NCBI RefSeq assembly: GCF_006345805.1
Contig: NW_021824344.1
Location: 1-19,138, forward strand
Source of the DNA: Octopus sinensis
Lineage: Eukaryota
Length of the DNA: 19,138 nt
Direction of reading: 5' to 3'
In this document: piece by piece, positions 17,462 through 19,138 of the stretch
Layout: every line of letters starts with the position of its first letter
How positions within the stretch are numbered: position 1 is the stretch's first letter
Notes under the pieces: generated by a model
Database searches by the model: none
Told to the model about the DNA's origin: nothing
What the model saw: only the letters and a program-made list of their open reading frames with translations
Program-made: the position numbers and the translations under genes

Positions 17462-18163
17462 AGGGTACAAAGGGTAGAGAACCCCATCGGTCATGAAGGA
17501 CCATGGAATTACCCTTCCGAAGCACGAGTCCTGGCAAGGTTGTTTATGGAAGATTAGCAGTCGCCCGTACATACCATCCTCCTCACTCTATGCTACCGAT
17601 GTTATCCAAGAGAAAGGCAAAGGGGCCGATACAACTTGGCACCAGTGACGTCGCTGCTCATTTCTACAGCTGAGTGAACTGGAGCAACGTGGAATAAAGT
17701 TTCTTGCTCAAGAACACAACACGCAGCCCAGTTCGGGAATCGAATTCACTTGCGTCCCCAAAGTGAGGACGCTGGCAACGGGTAGTGTCAGAGCTATGCC
17801 GTCGGGAACTTCGGTTCCTGGTAGGGCCACCCAAGACGGATTGGTCTGACACCGAGTGGTATTAGGGTCACAACCCGGCGGACGGGGCTCTGGTGAAAAA
17901 TCCTCGGAGTGTTTGTTTCGGCAACCGGCGGCTCCTCGGTCGTTCTGTCCCTGCGTCTGCGGACAATCTGCGGCAAACAGGATGTCTCCACATGCGGGAT
18001 TGTTGGGGACCGCTTGTGAAATCCACATATTCCCACGAAACTTCTTCCATGAGTAGAAGAAGCCGACTCAACCCGCCCAGGGTGAATGTCGCCACAAATA
18101 CAAGTACATGTACAAGTACCTCATGATCGTGAGCCCGACACTCTAACCACTGAGCCATGCACC
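17462..18163 (-). mobile_element. SINE family C, interrupted by a 367-bp insertion
   Basis: Head gtgcaTGGCTCAGTGGttagagtgtcgggctcacgatcatgaggt (18163-18118) resumes seamlessly as agtgaaTTCGATTCCCgaactgggc... (17750 downward) through ttgagcaag and catgaccgatgggg. Confidence 0.85.
17751..18117 (+). mobile_element. GC-rich, probably 5'-truncated non-LTR retroposon with TACAAG-type tandem tail
   Basis: Sharp boundaries are defined by the host SINE; ends in aaatacaagtacatgtacaagt; no TIR and no clear TSD. Family not recognised. Confidence 0.65.
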
Positions 18164-18177
18164 TTCACTCGATTAGT

Positions 18178-18300
18178 GGGATAGTGGTTAGCGGGTTACA
18201 CTCACAAATTGCAAGATCACAGTTTCGATTCTCAGACCAAGAGGTGCGTCGTATTCTTGAGTTTGCTCAACAACACTTCATGTTATTTCAGTCCACTCGT
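18178..18300 (+). mobile_element. Decayed tRNA-headed SINE (family C-like), head-to-head with the 17462-18163 copy
   Basis: gatagtggttagcggg...agtttcgattctcagacc...ttcttgag...cagtccactc retains A-box, B-box and body motifs. Confidence 0.55.
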
Positions 18301-18656
18301 TACTCAGCCCAGTAACAACTTAGAAATAAACCATAAAAACGACCATTATTCCGTTCATGTGAGAATGTTGTAATCTCAGACTTAGAAGACGGGATTCTTG
18401 TGGTTCACAACAGCCTATGTCTGAATCCCAATTAAATTTATTATCTCCAACTTTATTGCAAATATTTCAAATTCTCAGTGGCATTCGCTCCATTTCCAGT
18501 ATGAAAGTGTTTCTTCAGAATAATTCAAAGTGACCGTTCTTAAAGCGATGGAAAGAAAAAAATGCAATAATATTCGCACAGCACTGGTAAGCTCGGGAGC
18601 TGTAGTAGAAGACATTTGTTGCCCAAGGTGCTAGTTTACATATACAAACGCACACA

Positions 18657-18658
18657 CG

Positions 18659-18709
<51 letters not shown>

Positions 18710-18775
18710 TATATAGATATATATATATATATATATATATACATGCACATATATATATTATACACATGCACATAT

Positions 18776-18828
<53 letters not shown>

Positions 18829-18915
18829 ATATTAAAATATACATATATATATGCATATATATATAATTATATATATAACACACATATACATATATATATG
18901 TATATAATATATATG
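18657..18915. repeat. (TA)n-rich microsatellite with CA variants
   Basis: Directly visible; source of the YIYI ORFs. Confidence 0.95.
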
Positions 18916-19138
18916 TTATGATCATACTTATACACACATATGTGTGACTGTGCGCGTGTGTAAGTAATTACATATCCACTCACGTGCTTATTTTATAAGC
19001 CTGAACTTGTAAATAAATATTTAAAGATTTACAAACATTAGTTCTTGTATTTCTTTCCAAATGTTTATATTTATATATGTGGAGATGTGTATATATACAT
19101 ATTGTATATTTTATATTGCATATACATATATATGAGTG

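Noticed and set aside
17751-18117. CTCCTCG / TCCCACG words suggesting an HDV-like ribozyme in the insert
   Set aside because: I could not build P1, P3 and P1.1 pairings with the required spacing.
3540-18163. tRNA-like A/B boxes as possible tRNA genes
   Set aside because: Each continues into a repeated SINE body and lacks a complete cloverleaf acceptor stem.

Overview
AT-rich, repeat-saturated eukaryotic genomic DNA with no recognisable intact protein-coding gene. Nearly all ORFs in the supplied track are microsatellite or repeat artefacts. The density of TA/CA/TATG/TATC microsatellites and the tRNA-headed SINE families resemble octopus (coleoid cephalopod) DNA as I recall it; this is inference, not a database result. 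Contents: at least four tRNA-derived SINE families (here called A-D) in about a dozen copies or fragments; a hAT-type MITE interrupted by a SINE; two copies of a 29-bp-TIR MITE carrying internal TTAGGG repeats, one flanked by an unusually long 30/32-bp direct repeat; two long inverted-repeat (foldback) structures, one of which carries a degenerate minimal hammerhead-ribozyme-like motif in each arm (Penelope pseudo-LTR-like); a third hammerhead-like relic at about 14.4 kb; the extreme 3' end of an RTE-clade LINE; a Helentron/DINE-like element; and a GC-rich retroposon inserted between the A and B boxes of a SINE. Several short segments have good splice signals and one open frame (candidate exons on both strands), but I cannot assign them to a known protein. 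The window is probably intronic or intergenic.
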